A stretch of 32,000 bases of DNA, taken from positions 3,090,001 through 3,122,000 of the forward strand of contig NC_010628.1 in NCBI RefSeq assembly GCF_000020025.1, in the 5' to 3' direction. Origin of the DNA: Nostoc punctiforme PCC 73102. GTDB lineage: Bacteria > Cyanobacteriota > Cyanobacteriia > Cyanobacteriales > Nostocaceae. The notes beneath the pieces were generated by a model. The model was not told the origin of the DNA. It worked only from the letters and a program-made list of their open reading frames with translations, and did not search any database. Within the stretch, counting starts at the first letter, position 1; every line of letters starts with the position of its first letter. Position numbers and translations under genes: made by a program. Positions 31,339 through 32,000 of the stretch are shown piece by piece.

Positions 31339-32000
31339 GGTGCTGGGTTTGGCGACTGAGCATGAACTATATCCAACTCTTCCAAAATGTCTTTACTGAG
31401 AACTACATCCACACTTTCCAAATTCTCTTTGAGTTGTTCTAATGTCGTAGCACCAATGATTGTGCTAGGCACAAACCAACGACTCCGCACAAATGCCAAA
31501 GCCAAATGCGCTGGACTTAGTTGATAGCGCTTGGCAATATCTATGTAAGCTGCTACAGCTTCACTGACTTTTGGTTTTAAGTAACGTTGACCAAAATTTT
31601 CAAATAAACTGAATCTTGCTTTTTCTGGTTTGCCATTTAGATATTTACCAGTCAATAAACCAAATGCCAAAGGACTATAAGCTAGTAATCCAATTTCTTC
31701 GTAATAAACTGCTTCTGCTAAGGCTCCATCAAATACTCGATTCAGTAAGTTGTAAGCATTTTGAATCGAAACAATTTTGGGCAATCCTAATTGTTTAGCA
31801 GCATTACTAAATTGGGCAACTCCCCAAGGTGTCTCATTACTCAAACCGATATAGCGAATTTTTCCCGCTTTAATTACGTCGGCAAAAACTGCTAGCTGTT
31901 CAGCGATGGGAACGGTTTCTCCCACTTGAGTTGGATCGAATACAGTTTGCCCAAACCGTGGCACGTAGCGATCGGGCCAGTGGATTTGGTAAAGATCAAT
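31335..32000 (-). CDS. Aldo/keto reductase (Tas-like NADP(H)-dependent oxidoreductase), C-terminal part; the 5' end lies outside the window
   Basis: The frame is open to the window edge (..IDLYQIHWPDRYVPRFGQT...). AKR motifs include IRYIGLSNETPWG. The track's M at 31964 is an internal GTG codon. Confidence 0.85.
   Translation of the reverse strand: MDLYQIHWPDRYVPRFGQTVFDPTQVGETVPIAEQLAVFADVIKAGKIRYIGLSNETPWGVAQFSNAAKQLGLPKIVSIQNAYNLLNRVFDGALAEAVYYEEIGLLAYSPLAFGLLTGKYLNGKPEKARFSLFENFGQRYLKPKVSEAVAAYIDIAKRYQLSPAHLALAFVRSRWFVPSTIIGATTLEQLKENLESVDVVLSKDILEELDIVHAQSPNPAP

Overview
The window looks like chromosomal DNA from a filamentous, Nostoc/Anabaena-type cyanobacterium. Support: very frequent HIP1 (GCGATCGC) sites, STRR-type heptamer arrays, many CCCCC..GGGGG hairpin dispersed repeats, and typical gene content. 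Ordinary genes: a peptide/nickel-type ABC importer (substrate-binding protein plus two permeases), an HD-domain protein, an MFP+RND efflux pair, a sensor histidine kinase, murE, a glutaredoxin-like protein, an AtzG-like/AtzE-like amidase pair, two GNAT acetyltransferases, class II ribonucleotide reductase nrdJ, an MDR oxidoreductase, a GST and an aldo/keto reductase. Non-ordinary content follows. (1) An accessory cassette at ~12.2-17.5 kb sits between the RND pump and the kinase. It holds a DUF559 endonuclease-like gene and a 1100-aa protein with an N-terminal hydrophobic segment, 12 near-identical 35-aa HEAT-like repeats, two central hydrophobic segments and a NACHT-like P-loop NTPase. The repeats differ almost only by nonsynonymous changes at the same few codons, and the gene is bracketed by inverted ~170-200 bp hairpin-rich repeats. 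This is my best candidate for an undescribed system. (2) nrdJ is split at the catalytic NPCG|E motif by a 383-nt intron-like sequence. It has a readable group I P1/P10 guide sequence, a U at the 5' splice site and a terminal G, and it carries a nested hairpin repeat. (3) Short dispersed or tandem repeats have entered coding sequence in frame at least three times (RND pump, histidine kinase, glutaredoxin-like protein). (4) There is a remnant of an HTH/STAND-ATPase gene cut off just before its Walker A motif by a 12x21-bp tandem array. (5) A visibly GC-rich, internally deleted luciferase-like monooxygenase remnant lies next to an AT-rich 42-bp hairpin repeat array. (6) Several genes carry apparent lesions: an in-frame TAA, a frameshift at a G5 run, and a GST with a lost start plus a frameshift. 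I saw no rRNA or tRNA genes, no true CRISPR array and no transposase or integrase ORF. All calls come from reading the sequence and ORF translations; no searches were run.
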